DNA of 64,000 bases from Klebsormidium nitens (Eukaryota; Plantae; Klebsormidiophyceae), in the NCBI GenBank assembly GCA_000708835.1, contig DF237026.1, positions 1-64,000 of the forward strand, in the 5' to 3' direction. Under the pieces are notes generated by a model, which had not been told where the DNA came from, did not search any database, and saw nothing but the letters and a program-made list of their open reading frames with translations. Positions 1 through 14,289 of the stretch are shown here, piece after piece. The stretch's first letter is position 1. Each line of letters starts with the position of its first letter. The position numbers were made by a program, and so were the translations under genes.

Positions 1-479
1 CGCGCAGCCAGGAGTCGGTGCGCAGTCGTGCCGTTACAAGAAAGGTGGTGGAATGCTGGTCCCAGAGGCGAACAGGTCCGATGCAGCACGATAGTCACGC
101 GGCCTCCTCCTAGGCTGCCTACTTAAGACATGATGACGAAGGCGCCGGTCGCGTTCCCTAGGTGCAGTCAACTGCAGTCACTCAATGTGCTATCTCCTAA
201 GAAAGACTGCAAAAGGATCCTGCCGAAGGCAACAAATGATGACTGTGAATCCGGCCAGTTGCTAGGTCGGGAAACGAAGCATGGGTCTTTCAGACGAGCA
301 AGATCTAAAGCTACATGCAGCAAACATCACTAGTTTGGCGTCAGGCTTCGAACTGCAAATGATGCAACGACACCATCTTTGTAGCCTCTTCGTTGCCAAA
401 GACCACTGGCTCCCGTACCTGTCGCTTGCACAAATCGAACTGGCACACTTTTTACAAGAAGACCTCGTACCTAGGATAG

Positions 480-3400
480 GCAGCTGCTGAAACTGCACCA
501 GTGCAAACTCCAAAGCACGGGACACGAATTTCGTTATAACGTACTACACTCTTCCGTCAGCACCTACAAAGAGCCCCCCACGTTTCGGACGCAGCGTGCC
601 AGCAACAAGCGGCCAAAGAGCGTATTCATTCGCTTGGAAGGCACGCTGCTCGAAGGTTTGTGAAACGTTACAAGGAGTTGGACACACCCCACCTTAAAAC
701 GTGCGACAAGCTTGACTGTCTAGCAGAAATCAAAACGTACAGAAGTTCGATGACATAAACAGCAGTCCGGTATTCTTTAAAAGGGTAGTGAACAAGGTGA
801 CAGTGCGAAGAAGTAGCAGTGAGTAAGAGACGCAAGCAATCAGCCAGCGGCCAGATGACTAACAGTTGCTTGCGTTAGCATCTAGATCCGGAAAACGGCT
901 CGCCGAAAAGTGGCCGAGGCGAGGCAGCTTGATTGGCTGTAGGAACTGCCATGTGCTGGGGGCCAACATGGAAGAAGTAAAAGAGGCCGGTGGACGGTGA
1001 AAGCCAAACGGTTGCCCATAGTGATTAAAAGTTTGCGTCTGCACCAGAATGTCAAAATCGGACCGTAACACGATCCATCACGAGCGGGAGAAGTCTGAAG
1101 GAGAGCATAACATGGGCATGTCTTAGAATCATTCGACAGACTACACAAGATTCCTCGGATCAGGGACAGTCCAATCCCCTGAGAGGTGGGCAGCCCAAAA
1201 AAAGTCACTGTATTGACCATCTTCGCCGCAACCTGAGTTGCTGCATCTTCATTTTTCATCGTCTTGCACCTTTGCGCAGGTCATACAAACTCAGCTCGAG
1301 TCTAAAGAGACCACCATGCACCTTTGCTAGGATTGGACGTAAAATAGCTCTCTTTCCACTGCGCCCTCCAAAGAAGGGCTCCGGCCTCTGGAACACCGTA
1401 AACTGGGCGTCGACTTCCAATGATGTCACATGACGCAACAACATACGAGTTAAGTCGCTGACGCTCAATATGTCAATCAGCAAGCCGGCGAGGGTCGCCG
1501 CACCGTGAGGTCTGAAAAGGACGTGCACGTCATATGCCCACTCTATTCTTACCCGTTATCAGAAAGCCGTTTGTTTTCGGAGTCCAAACAGACGACAGAT
1601 CGGGACGTTGAGGGGGATTGTAGAGTAAACCTTGCAACTCGCTTGAGCTGCTAGAAAAAAAACGCCCAATCTTTGGCTCACGATATCGAACTGCAAGCCT
1701 GACGGACTTATTGCCAAAATCGCTTCGTCACAGCCACGTACTCTTGCGAGCCTTATGAAGCAGAAGCACAGGGCCTTGGTCTATGGCTCGACCCCAAACC
1801 TGAGTAGAAGGCCGAGTCTAATTACTGACCACCTGGCATAGGCCCGGTATGCTAAAGAGCTAGAGGCGGTAGGGCAGGCAAACAAACTCTGGAGGTTAAA
1901 AGCACGGGTCAACGCATGCCCTCTTTTTAGCAATCGAAGACGGTCGAATGTCGATTTATTCACGGCGGCCTTCATAGAAAGGGGAAGACGGGACTGCAAG
2001 CGGAGGGACGGTTGGCGGCCAACAGGCCGAGGTGTAGAGTAAGAAGAAGACGGAGTGCAAGGCCAGACACCCAATATGAGATTGACGCTGTAGCTGCCAG
2101 TGGGAGTAATGGCGAAACGAAGCTGATAGAAGTGGATAAACGTCACGAGCATGGTCACGTTTTGGCGAGTTGCCTGAAGAAGGCGTTTACAACCACTGCA
2201 CTACAAACAACTCCCTGAAGGCCATCAGAAAAGGCTTTGTCCCAGATATGAATGAGGCCACCACGGCCCCAACCTTCTCCATCATGGCCGTAGCCAACCC
2301 TCCTGCTTTCTGAATTTGAAGTGGCTCGCAGATCTATAAGTCGTTTCCTTAAGGACAACAGCTTTTTCTTGATTTCAGAATAGACCGTACATGAAGCCAG
2401 AGATTCTTGGGCGTCATGGATCTGAGGGACTTTCACAACGAGTCGGATTGTGTCGGCCAGCCCTACAACCATGTGTAAATTGAAAGACGGCTCGAGTCCA
2501 TTGAGGTGTAACGTAAGCGAATCATGACGGGGGCTGTTCTCCTCAAGCAACAGCTGCTTCTGTCGACGAGAAAACTCGCTTAAAAACCCTACTAGACTTC
2601 AGCGCACTGTAAATATCTCATGCAAGGTGGAGGCTACAAAAGGGACACGTGTTTGCCGACATGATCACATCTACTAGAGTGGAACCTAGCTTCAGTGGTC
2701 ATTTGCCATGCCGTTGGCAGCGAGTGTGCCAATTGTCCGACGTCCATATCCTAGCCACGCCCTTTTTTATCTGCTTTTCAAGCAACCCTGAACTCAGATC
2801 ATTACTCGCAACTCGAAACGGACCATGTCAGGCAGCGGGTACCGGAAGCAGATCCAATGAAGTAATTTACAGTCAAGCATATTTGCCGCAGCCATCACCA
2901 GTAATGCTTCTTATACCTGACTCAGACAGACGCATGCGGTTCCGAAGTCGGTTCCCTTCTTGCCCTTGGCAGACAGAAGAAAGGGCTACGACATTAGTGC
3001 TGTCAAGGACAACCCAAGCATCGGGGTTCGTCAAAAGTTGGGCCTGACCTGTTACGCGGGGCTTACACGTTGCTTACAAGAAAGCCTGCTCGGCGGTGCA
3101 GCCTGTGCGAGAGAGTATGCAAGAGCGGTGTGGCGGACGTGCCAGCAGGACAGTTTCATCATGGACTAGAAACGCCCGTGGCTTGATGCTCTACCTAAAA
3201 TATGAACGACTTCGCGGGCCGAAAGCAGACAACGGGGCAGTGCTTAATTGAGCAGCGCTGACGTGAAGCTTGCGGGACTTCGCCACTGCGAAGCAAACAT
3301 TGCGCACCCGGCTCGGTCCCTACTAGAAAAGAAGAACAGCACTTGCACCGTGGCAACAAAATGTACGGGTGCACCTTGCGGTTGAGGAAAATAGGGTGCC

Positions 3401-4850
3401 AAAGAATCATGCACGATTAGGGAATCGATCGAGCGCGACCGAATCTCTCGAGCGGAACACATCCGATGTGCTTGACGTCACCAAACGTACTCTGGAAGAT
3501 GTGTGACACGGAGCTTCACCAGAAGGTCTGCGCCAGTTTGTAAAATCGTACTATCGAGAGCAACAAGAGCGGCAGCAATGGGCGGATAGATGTACGGACA
3601 CATATTCCACGCAACAACAGCTATCACCAACGCTTCCATTGAGGATGCCGACTTTTCGTCGAATGCCACACGGAGGCGCCTTAGACGGGGCAATAAAGGT
3701 AAGTTCTGGGACACTTCGACAAATGGACTGTGGGCTATGGACTCAGACGAACAGAAAGTTGAACGCAAAAGTGCGGGGGGCTGTGCCTGGATGGCCTTCA
3801 CTCGACGATCGCTGACAGATGGGGAAAATGTGTCACCCCAGACTACGCCATCATTGCCATTCGATAGAACGCAATTGGTCGAAAATCCTCAGGAGAGAAT
3901 GGCAGAGGGTTGGCCCGGGTTTGTGAAAACAGAATAATCCTGAAATTCTTCACATTCACTCGCTGAAGCTCTCAAATTCGCTCCGCAATTCCCAAGTCGT
4001 GCAACGTTTCCCAACTTATCGGCTCATGACCCAGAAACTCTGCAGGGATCTGTGTACGGCTCATTCCGTACAGCGAAGTGGGCTGTACTCCCCAATTACT
4101 AGCTTCTTCGTGCACCGTGTATTGAAGAAGAATGCCCTATTCACAAATTTTGGAAGTCCGATGGTCTTGTATATGTGCTCACACATAGAAGGTCGCCTCG
4201 AGGTCGCGTCTTCTGTCTCTTCTACAATTCTAGATCCAAGTCGCCCAGTATATGCAAAATACAATCGAATTGCGTCAACTTCGGCTCACCCACAACGGCC
4301 TTCGAAGCTGGTGTCTCAAAACGACACGTGACCGCCAAGACACTAAGAGAAGGACTGACGTCCGGGTCTTGGAATACGTGCCTCAGGGCCTCTGTTCGGG
4401 CGGGAAGCACCAGATATTAAATCTTTCAGAGTTTGCCGACGTGGCATTTTACATGTAAAGAGTTCTGTTTAACTCATATTTTATCAATCAATGAGTGAAA
4501 CTTAGACTGAACTTTAATAAACCATAGTGATTCGGGCTGGCAGATCCCTCCGAATTGCGAAGTGTACCTGTTGTGAGCCTGTATTAAGCGCCTTAAGCAA
4601 GTACAGTTCAACCACTTTCTCAAAAGGCGCGCTTTTTGGATCCACTTGTTTGGGCATCATGTTCGCCAGAAGCGAACGACAGTGTGTCGACAGAAAAGCG
4701 GACTCGAACAGACCCGATGAAGACTACAGGCGCTGAGCATAAACGCAGCTGATGTCGGTCTGGCATCTATGTTGAAAGCAACCTTCTCACCATTTCGAAT
4801 TGAGCTGTTCCCGTACTGTGGGTAGACGTGTTTGAAGTGCTGCTCGAGGG
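480..4850 (-). mobile_element. Degenerate Ty3/gypsy LTR-retrotransposon pol remnant (protease-RT-RNaseH-integrase), copy C
   Basis: Minus-strand fragments occur in gypsy order. Protease-like KVAFNIDARPTSAAF (~4760) and FDCILHILGDLD (~4250); RT-like PQGAPVHFV (~3370, cf. SPxGAPVLFV); integrase-like AATQVAAKMVNTVTFFGLPTS and FWCRRKLLITMGNRLAFTVHRP (~980-1230, cf. FWxxLxxxLGTKLxFSTAYHP). Many stops and frameshifts. Boundaries approximate; no LTRs identified. Confidence 0.6.
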
Positions 4851-4999
4851 GCACATGGGAAAGCCCAAAAACACACCGTGACAAACTAGAGAGGACACCC
4901 GACCACATTATAAGTTCGTACGCGTCGTATATATACGTCGTTACTTCAAAGAAACTGGGATTGTTACAAATTTACATTGAGCGAAGCCGACAATATTTT

Positions 5000-7900
5000 T
5001 ATGGCGTTAGAAAGCCGCAGCCCGGTCGTGGCAACCAGATTGCCAAACATCTGCTTCGTCCTCGCCAAAGCGCAGCTTTCTAAGGTCCGATCGTCCACTT
5101 TTGCATGGGCATGAAATCAGAGATGCGGGAGTCAACAGTGGTGGGTAAACAGGGCAGTCTGGCCCCAACGCCGCATGTTTTCCCTTAGGTCGGGAAACCT
5201 TTCAGTCAGTACACGAACTTGTGAAGATTATGGCGCAAAGAGAACCTTCAAGCGCCTTAAGGAGTGCCCGAACAACCTCGACACTTGTGGATGCACCACG
5301 GGAGCAAGTGAAGAGAAGCTTTCCGGCAAATTAAGCGGATTCGCTGCCAAAAGTTGTCTGCCAAGGTGCACGCCAACGAGCTGCTTGTATTCAGCTTAGT
5401 ATCGCAGCAATGAAACGGCTGTCAACACCCCATTCAGCAGTTCCATTGCTGTCTCTGACTCAAGCAGACTAAAGCGGGTTTGGTATGCTCAGAGGGTTCT
5501 TCGACATCCTTGCGATTCTGGAGCACAGCTTATTTGTGGCGATTAAGTACACCTCCATCCATTGGTCAACCCCGACCCAAGAGCACCTTACGAGGCTTAA
5601 TGCCTGGTGGATCTGTCAAGCTTTCTCGCCAATTGGGCCTCTCTTTGCAGTCGGAAGAAATATCGCCTCGAAGAAGCAGAAGCAAATGCCGTTGGAAACG
5701 GTGGACACCCTGGCATCGAGTGTCCACACCCTGGCATCGAAACTTAGTCAAGGAAGTCCTGGCAAGTAATGCGCCAGTTCGACCATTTCATCACTGCCAA
5801 GCAAGTGGCCGAAAAATTGCTTGAAGGAACGAATCACTACCACAAATTCATGGAACATGCAGCTGATGCAAACACAAAATATGCAAGATCAATTGTACGT
5901 TGCCGATATCTGCAAACCCATTGAACACATGAAAGAGAGGGGGCGGCGAACTTTGGACAAAGATAACGGCTCTTCGATCCGAGGAAACGATGCACCCAGG
6001 GCGCACGTGCCTGATTGGACCTCCTGCGCACGCGAAGTCGTTTCGGTATGCCGGAGCAGGACGCTAGTGGCGCCCCCTTGCCCGCACAAGAGCGGACGCT
6101 CTCCTCGAGTAAGGGCGCTACTAAACGGAGCCTCCACGAAAAACAGAGTGTGCGCTGCCGGACGCGGAGCACTTGTAAAGAAGAGAGCAACAATCCCGCC
6201 TTACAACTCGCGAGCTGTTATCGTGGCAAAAGAAAAGAACGTTCCGACTGAAAGTCAGTACCTGCACACTGATTAAGACGACTGAAGGCATTCTGAAGGG
6301 CGTTCGAAAAACTGAATGCAGGACGCAAGCCGCGCAAGTTCAAAAGAAGGAAACGCAGATTGGAACACTATGCGATCGTTGCTGGGGCACTCAGGAACTG
6401 AAAAAAGTTATTTCTCAAAGTCTCTTCTGGGGACGCATGATCCATCATTGCCAGACTGAACCCTTCGACGATGTTTACGAAATGTTACGGTCGGCACTAT
6501 TGCACTGGTCACTGACCCTTTACTTCTCCTTAACCAGGCCCAGAATTCATTGCTGACCATTTTGCTCCTGTACTTCTCCTACAAAGCCGTAACGTTGCGA
6601 GGGGCCGGAAGATGTGACGGTAGCTTCTATTGAGCCACTTCACTGAGTCGCTTCTTCGCGGGAAGAAAGAGCCGAAGGCAATTTTTCCAACCGAACAAGC
6701 TCGCCGAAAAGAAGACCTTTCTAGGATACCAGGTCATGAGGAGCCACGGATCAACACACCGCAGATTGCCTGGCATCAAACAGAGGTTGATCGCAAGATC
6801 TCAACAAGCGCAGTTGTCATTGCCAGGTCGAGCGGCTCGCTCAAATTCAGGACACACTCGATATAAAAGCCGGCTTTAAATTTTTTTGGCGCCCACAGAG
6901 CAAAGTTGTGCAGATCGATGGCCTCTGAGAATTCGGGGCGCGCGCTACATCAGAACGGCGGTAAGCATAACTGCTGCAACTGATGCAGAGGGGATACTCG
7001 GGCTTAAAACGGGGTACCTCCACGAACATTTCACGACGGCAAGCGTCAAACTCTCTTAAAAAGCATACGGGAAAGCTGATCACCGAGTACGCAAACGAGC
7101 TTTTCGTCTCAGCACGGGTGAGCAGCAGCAGTGCAATCAGAATCTGGAGACAAGCGTCTCAAGCGACTTAGTGTGCTAAGGACTGCCCCGAAAGGACGAC
7201 AAGGCTTATGAAGCGACGCGGAGTCAGGAAAGCATAAGGTTCTTGGCCTCAAGTCATACGTCCCGCAATGGAATTGGATGTACAATTCACGTCATCGTCA
7301 CAGCCAACGCATACAAACCCTGAATTTTGATTAGGGAAACGTGTTTAGACCCGGGGTGTTCAAGTTCTGACGTTCGGCAGAGAGAAAGAAACAAAATTTC
7401 GTCAAATAGGTACTGGTCGGCCATAAAGCGGTTGCCAGATTATACAACAGCAGATTTGCTTCTTAAGTTGAAGGCATCATTAGCATGATATGCGCGCTGA
7501 CCGACGTGGTCTTTCGGCACAGCTCCATCATGGCCCAACCGTCATTTCAACTTCACAACGTTGTTCAAAACCCAAAAGCTCGTTTGCCGGCCTGTGAGTT
7601 CTTAACTTACGGTATTGCCCGCCAATTTGTGGTAGCCTGCTTGGCACTGCAGCCTCAGTGAGAGTGTGGCGAACGTGCCAGAATGGCGCCATATGATCAT
7701 AGACCGGAGACGCCCGTTTAGATTGAGAGGCTCGATGCTCCGCCGAGAACATGGCGACTTGAGGGGTCGAAGACAGACAACGGGGCAGCAACTAAGCAGC
7801 ACCAAAGTGAAGCGCATGAGACGCTTCGCCGTCATGGGGTAGTTGAAACGACCCAGACCTTCAAACGAAGCTGGGTAATACTGGCACAATACCAGGTTAT

Positions 7901-9930
7901 CAGTGATTATGCGGTCCAGGATAACATACCGAAGTTAAACGCATTTTGCAAGACGAGGGTGTTCGACGCACAAGGAGAAGCGTAAGACAAGGACCTCCTC
8001 ATAGGTATCGAAAGGCCTGCAACAGTCTGGAGCGGTAGATGAAGAGCAACAAGACGCGGCCGTTTTGCGCACGGAAGAAGGCAGGGAAAGTTCTCACACA
8101 GGTCAGCAATTGGCAGTCAATGTCACGTCACGTTATCAATGGAAAGAATGCCACGAACCAGGCGTCGCAACAGCTGCAAAGCGTTTGGGATACTTTGGCA
8201 AGCACCGGAACCAACGAGGTGCTGAGCGTGAAAGTGCGCGTACGGACAGAAGTTTTGGCAAGATGGCCTCGAGCGTCAAATACACCTTGGAGGACGATGT
8301 CACCCAATGTCATCTTCATTGCCAACCCGGCAGCACGCAATCGGCCGGTCGAAACTTCCTTGTACAAGATGGCAGACGCTTAGCCTATCCATGTGATGGT
8401 AGTCAAGGTGTTCAATTCCGTCAAACAGTTCTCGAACAATGCTTTTTACGTCAAGCTATCAGACTTGAGAATGGAATGTCGATTGTTGGATGTGACTCAT
8501 GCTGCGTACTCAAGAGCGACCCTTTCGCTCCTCATTGATCCTTCCGGGCCACAAGAAGGAAGCCTATGCTAAATGTTGACTCACTTCAAAGCTCACGAGT
8601 GTCTATCTCGAAGACGGCCTCCTCAAAGACAAGAACCCTAAAAGTGAGTGATCGAGTAAATGCAAATTCGCAATTAGAAGTGGCCCGGACTTTGGCTCGC
8701 TACAACAGCTGTCGACATAGCTGGTACCGGCTGAAGCGGTTAGTGAATGGATTCCAGCTTCTGCACTTCACTAAACCCGTTTGAATTAGTGGGTTCGTTG
8801 GCACATACGCACGATACGTGCCAGCCATATTGACACGTCACCGCTAACTTCGAAGTCACCGAGAGGATCGGATAGTAAATCAATCTAAGGTTACAAGGGC
8901 CGTTTAGTAATATTGACAGTTCCGTTGGCCACCGTGCATGCTTCGTTATGACGCGACTGACGAGCCAACAACAAACCATGGCAAATTGTAGCTTCAAGCG
9001 TTGAGCCAAACACATTCGCCCTGTACATATGCCAGCAAAAAGCACGAGTATCTTCAGAAGCTCCGTTTGCCAGCACTTGCCAGCATAAGAACTCCGACAG
9101 TGTCCGATTTCGAAACGATTGCTCATCAGCACCAGTTGGCGTCACCTGACTGGGATGATACGTACTGGCAAGCCCTTGCCATTGCTGATCTTGATCACGG
9201 CCAACACTAGAACGAAATCGGTGATTTCGTACGATCTCCGCCCAGGTCAACCAATAGTTGCACGCACCTTTATTTCCATGCATAAGCTATGCTTGGAACG
9301 TACAACGAAATGACAATCAGCAAATTACGCGTGGCATGAACCGGAGAGACATTTTGCGCCCCACGCTGATGAAGCAAACCTGTCTCAGAGAGTGATACTC
9401 CATTAATTGACACATGAAGAGAGGCGTACATACACGAAATCCTCCAACTTGTCTTACTTAGTGTCCTTGCCGCGCGAGCTTGCTGATTACACGCCCACGC
9501 CGCTGCATGAATGTTAGCAGGGACGTCTAAGTTGGTTGCAACGCGGGTCATCATAAGTTCCACATAACCCGCCCAAGTTGTACTGCGACTTAATGTAGGT
9601 CCTGATTACTGAGGATCATGCAGCCCAGCTTACGGCGGAACCTATGCAGAAAGCTGCGTATAACCTGCTCAGATTGCTGACTGATTCCCCCTGTGACTGT
9701 GACAACCTCTCACAAAAGGTGTCCGTTGTCTTTTGGAGACAGCCGACGCTGCTCCTCAACTTCTTAATGTTCCTCAAACTCCTCTACCGATCCAGAGTAT
9801 ATTCAGGAGAGATATTTTTCCTTCCTCGTGAAGTAAGAAACTCTCGGAGGAGCGGCGTTCACTCGGTGAAGTGTCTCGAGATCGACCTGATTGAGCGCAT
9901 TCCAAAGTATGACTCGGTTGAGCCTTTATA
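5000..9930 (-). mobile_element. Degenerate Ty3/gypsy retrotransposon (gag-pol remnant), copy A
   Basis: Minus strand: gag-like FCERLSQSQGESVSNLSRL (~9670-9730, cf. FxxRxQxxGESVxxYxxRL); RT-like SPCASNTLVLQN (~7950-7990), RFNYPM (~7840) and DAFNLRSKSAVV*SGNRFMADQYLFDE (~7400-7480); integrase-like APLASCSGIPKR (~6050-6080). Clear nucleotide homology to 11450-13650. Confidence 0.65.
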
Positions 9931-10949
9931 GGGCGGCTAGTGATGAGCCGACATAAATCCAAGCGTAAGCTGGCCATTCAACTATGCTTCGCTTTCAAAT
10001 TCGCTTTGGAAATGCAGCTAACAAGACCACCGGAGTTCCTCACCTTCGGCTGTCCCCAAATATATAGAAGCACGACGGCTTTTCAGCCCTGCAATCCTCG
10101 GACCCGACCGCGCTCACTTCCAGGTTCGGATTTGCCGAGTCCTTGGTCTGAGGCCGCCATTCGAATCTTCGATGAGTGCGTGCGGAAATATTGAGGGAAA
10201 AGACAAGGGCAGACAGAATTTGCCGACAACACCTGAGAGTCGGACGGGATCGTATCCCTTTTCCAGCATCATCCAAAGAATTTCGATTCTGAGGCAACGG
10301 AGCCCACAACAAGGTAAGCCTTTGGCATCAGCGAAAACAGCGGTTATCAATGGCCACACCATTGCCAGTAATTGCTTCGTCACTGCCAAAGCGCAAGCCT
10401 CTAGACACCGGTCGTTCTCTTTGCAGGCATCAACTAGGTTGCTGCGTTATCAACGGTGGGCAATCGAGGCCATGCCTCCTCTATCGACATATTCACGTAT
10501 CGAGAAGCACTCCGGAGAATGCTTTCAGTCCCCACGAGGACTTTTCAAGCAAGAGTGCGCATGGAGCCACAGTCGCGCTCGTCTTCCAACCTTTTGTGCA
10601 GCCTTTCTGATCCGGACAGGTGCACTACTTGCAAAAGCAACATTGGAGCAAGTGAGCAGGAGCTTTGCGGCTGTTGCAGCCTCTTTTTAGGCAAAGAATG
10701 CCCGACGCCCGACCGGGTGCCTCAAAGTAATGGCTAGTATTTACACCAACCGTACAACCATCCAATGGCTTTGAACAAGCAGCCAAGCAGGTCCCTCGCA
10801 TCCTCAAGTCCAAGCATGCCAAGGAGGGTTAACTACGTCAATAAGCCCAGACGAGTTTCGACTGCGTTTCAGTCCAAACATGCTAGTATCAAAAGAAAAC
10901 GCCAATTCGTTACCGCATCTTAGATCTCACAACGGGTGCATGTCTTGGC

Positions 10950-13920
10950 ATTTGAGAGACGTCGGACGTGGTAGCGGAACCCCGGTAGCTTTTGTCGTCA
11001 TAGCCAACGCAGACAAGAGAAGCCGAAGCGAGGGCGGGATTTGACCAGTGTCTCTCTTTTGACGTTGAGAGAACTTCCTGTGGAGCAGCGCAAATGGTAA
11101 GACGGCGCTGCTATTCTACTCTCAGTAACAAGCATACAAGAAGTGAGAACGGATGTGCCACTGGCAACTTTCGCAGAGTGAATAAGCAGGGGACCAGCTT
11201 GTAATGTAAGAATGCACTCATTGGTGAGCCAGAAACTTCCAATTGTAGCGCTTTCGACTGAGCAATCTTGCCCGAGGCTTGAAATGGTGACGATGCAGAC
11301 CAAAAAGCCTTGAAGGACAACGCCATTGGATTCTAGGCAAAACTTGGTTTGTGTCAAGAGCTGCTTCAAGAGGCTGCCTGGGCGGTCTGATTAGTGCCTT
11401 GGTAAGGCTATTTAAGGATTGGTGCCTGGTGGCCTCGGATCTTGCAAAGATAATGAGATCAAATATCCCATAAACGTTATCGTCAAAGCCCATTCAGACC
11501 CTAATTAACAAGCCAAATCAACCCTAAAAGAATGATCGACGAGGTGCGATTTCCATTCCCAGGAAAGAGATTGCCAAAAGGATCGCTTTTGAAGCAGTGC
11601 TGCCTTTGTCGCAACCAGTCTTTCATCCATACAATTGGCCGATAGGACCCATTCAAACGACACTTGTCTTTGCCAGAAGGATCTATCGAACCGAATCGCC
11701 AAAGGGGCCCTCTTTGCAGTCTGAATGATTTCGTCAGAAAAGGTACTGCAGGTCGGAAACGAGACACCCTGGCATCAAGATTGGCGAAGAGAGGCTGGCA
11801 AACAACACGCCAACGACCATTTCATCACAGCCAGAGAAAGTGGCCGAAGGAGTGCTGGAACGAACTATCTGTTACCAACAAATCCCGAAACATGCAGCGA
11901 ACTGACGCAAACACGGATTATGCAAGCATTCAATCGTTGCAGTGACAGATCTGTGAACCTGCTGAAGACATGCGACAGCATATGGGAGGCATTCTGTGGA
12001 CAGCACGGATCTTACGAGTCAGTTCCGAGGAACTGCTGCAACAAAAGGCGCGCGTACTGATCGATTTTCTGCGCAGCGCCAAGTCGATTGGTATGCCGAG
12101 TCGAACGCTAGTGGACGGTCTCCTTCCGGCACAAGATTAGAAGCTCGTCTTGAGAAGGGACATTATCCCCAAAATCAGGCGCCCACAGAATAACAGAAAG
12201 GTGCGCTTACAAGCGCCACAACCGTCCGAAAGCAGAGAGCAACGAAAACACCCTGCACCTTAAAAGCTGCCATCGTGGAAATCAAAACGGCGTTCCAACT
12301 CAAGGTCAGTTCCTGCATTTAAGACGACTGAAGGCGTCATGAAGGGCGTCTAACCCACTGTATGCAAGACGCAAGCATCGCAAGTAAGAGGAAAGGAAAC
12401 GCAGTCTGGAAGACTAACAGAGCATTGCCGGCTGGGGCAGTCAGGAACCCAAAGACAGAAAGATGAGTCCACGAACTTTATTTCGAGGACCCAGAATCCA
12501 TCGTTGCCAGATGAAACCTTTCGGTGATGGCTACAACATGGTACGGTCGGCGTTATTGCATGATTCACTGGCCTTTTCGCTTCTACCTACTGTAAGCAGG
12601 CCAAGCTATCCATTGCTCTTGCCGAGCTACTGACTCTGCTCTTGTAGTTCTCCTACTACGAAGCCGTAACGTAACGACGGAAAATGTGGCTTCCAGTGAA
12701 CCGAAGTTGATGAGTCGCTTCTCTCTCCAAGGACGGAGTGAAAACAGGCAAGTCTCACAACGAAACAAAATTCAATGTAAAAGCGACTTGTTGAAATACC
12801 ACTTTTCGGGGAGCAGCCGATCAACATGACGCAGACTGTCCGGTACATGTCTGGCCTCCAAACGTACGAGGAACAGAAGGTGGAATCCCAAGATCCCAGC
12901 ACGCCGTGATTGTCATAGCAAGGTCAAGCAAGCCCACTCGACTTCGGGACACACTCACTTTGACAACCGGCTTTCAAAAAAATAATGCGGCGCCCACAGA
13001 GCAGCATTCTATGCGTAAGAGGTCTCTCATAATCTGGACCGCCATCTGATGTTGTCAGGCTCCAAGCATTTCTGTTGCAGTTGATGCAGATGGATGAAAC
13101 TTCTTGGAAGTTCGGGTTATTCACAGGAACGTGTCACCACGACAAGCACCAAGCTCTTCGAAAAGCACACGGGAAAGCTGATTACCGAACACACAACGAG
13201 TTTCTGTTAGGTCCGGAGGTTTTGTTTCGAAACCGGGTGCAGCAGCAGCAGTGCCGTCAGAATCAGAAAAAAAGCGTCGCGGGCCAACTGCTAAGGACAG
13301 CCTCCAAAAAACAACAAACCTGAGAGAGAGTGAATGAAGAAAACAATGCGTCCTTGGCCTAGGACTTCTCATGATGGTGTGGAGACGGCTACGCCACTCA
13401 CGTCCGAGTCATAGCCACTGAACGCAGACAAAAGTCTGAATCTTGGATAGGGGAATCAGGTGAGGCCCGCGATGTTAGCTGCTGATTGTGGGCATAAAGA
13501 AAGCACGACCTGTCAGATAGGTACTGGTCCATAAAGACGTTGCCAAGTGACACAACGGCAGGATCGCTTCCAAAGTTGATGGCATCAGCAGCCAGAGACT
13601 TGTTCTGACTGACGTGGTCTCTCGGTACAGCTCCTTCATAGCCAACTCTTTGCTGCCTTCCCACCGTTTCCTCTGGTTACAGCGTCCTCCAGACGTCCAA
13701 ATGTTTGTTTGCGGACCTGCGAGCTCTTGTTTTATTGTGATAGTAATATTGCTCGTCGATTGAACGCTGGCTGACTCTTAGGAACAAGTCCTCGACCCCT
13801 CACTGTAAGTCACTGTGATCCTTAATCAAGCTGAACAAGTGAGGCGCTCACAAAGCTTCAAAGATGAAGTTCTTAGAGAGTTGCTGAGTTCCAAGGAAAC
13901 GCCCAACCCGCTCTATCCAC
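10950..13920 (-). mobile_element. Degenerate Ty3/gypsy pol remnant (RT-RNaseH-integrase), copy B, paralogous to copy A
   Basis: RT motif region AINFGSDPAVVSLGNVFMDQYLSDRSCFLY (ORF 13398-13664, cf. MPFGLxNAPAxFQxxMNxVFxxYLxxFxxVYxDD); NNPNFQEVSS (~13100, cf. FIPNFSxIA). Shared blocks with copy A include ttaagacgactgaaggc (~6273 vs ~12318) and aagcaYacgggaaagctgat (~7061 vs ~13162). Confidence 0.65.
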
Positions 13921-14289
13921 CCGCATACCCGGCAACGAGCGCGTGTATGGGGGGAAAAGAGGGGCACGAACAGGATTGACTTGGCTTCAGCGGAGAAGCT
14001 ATCGCAGGTACTGCGTTTACCTCAGTGCAGCGGTCGCAGTAGATACCAGCAGAAATGTCGCCAACAAGCTTCGTCATCGCCGATTTCCACAAGAAATCTG
14101 ATTGACAGGGCGCCCTGGCTCCGTCTCAACATTGATCGGAAATTAAAATGCTCACAACAAAAAACTTAAGAGGCTGTACTCAACGGCACATCTTTTTATT
14201 GGGCCCCAGTCCCAAGCCGGAAGCCAGGCCAGTATATAGACAAGGTTTGTCTGCTCTAGCAGCAAGATAATAATTCATTAAATACTCAC

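Noticed and set aside
13949-13964. Polypurine tract ggggggaaaagagggg
   Set aside because: It is on the wrong strand and at the wrong end for the adjacent minus-strand gypsy copy, and is not followed by a TG-starting LTR.
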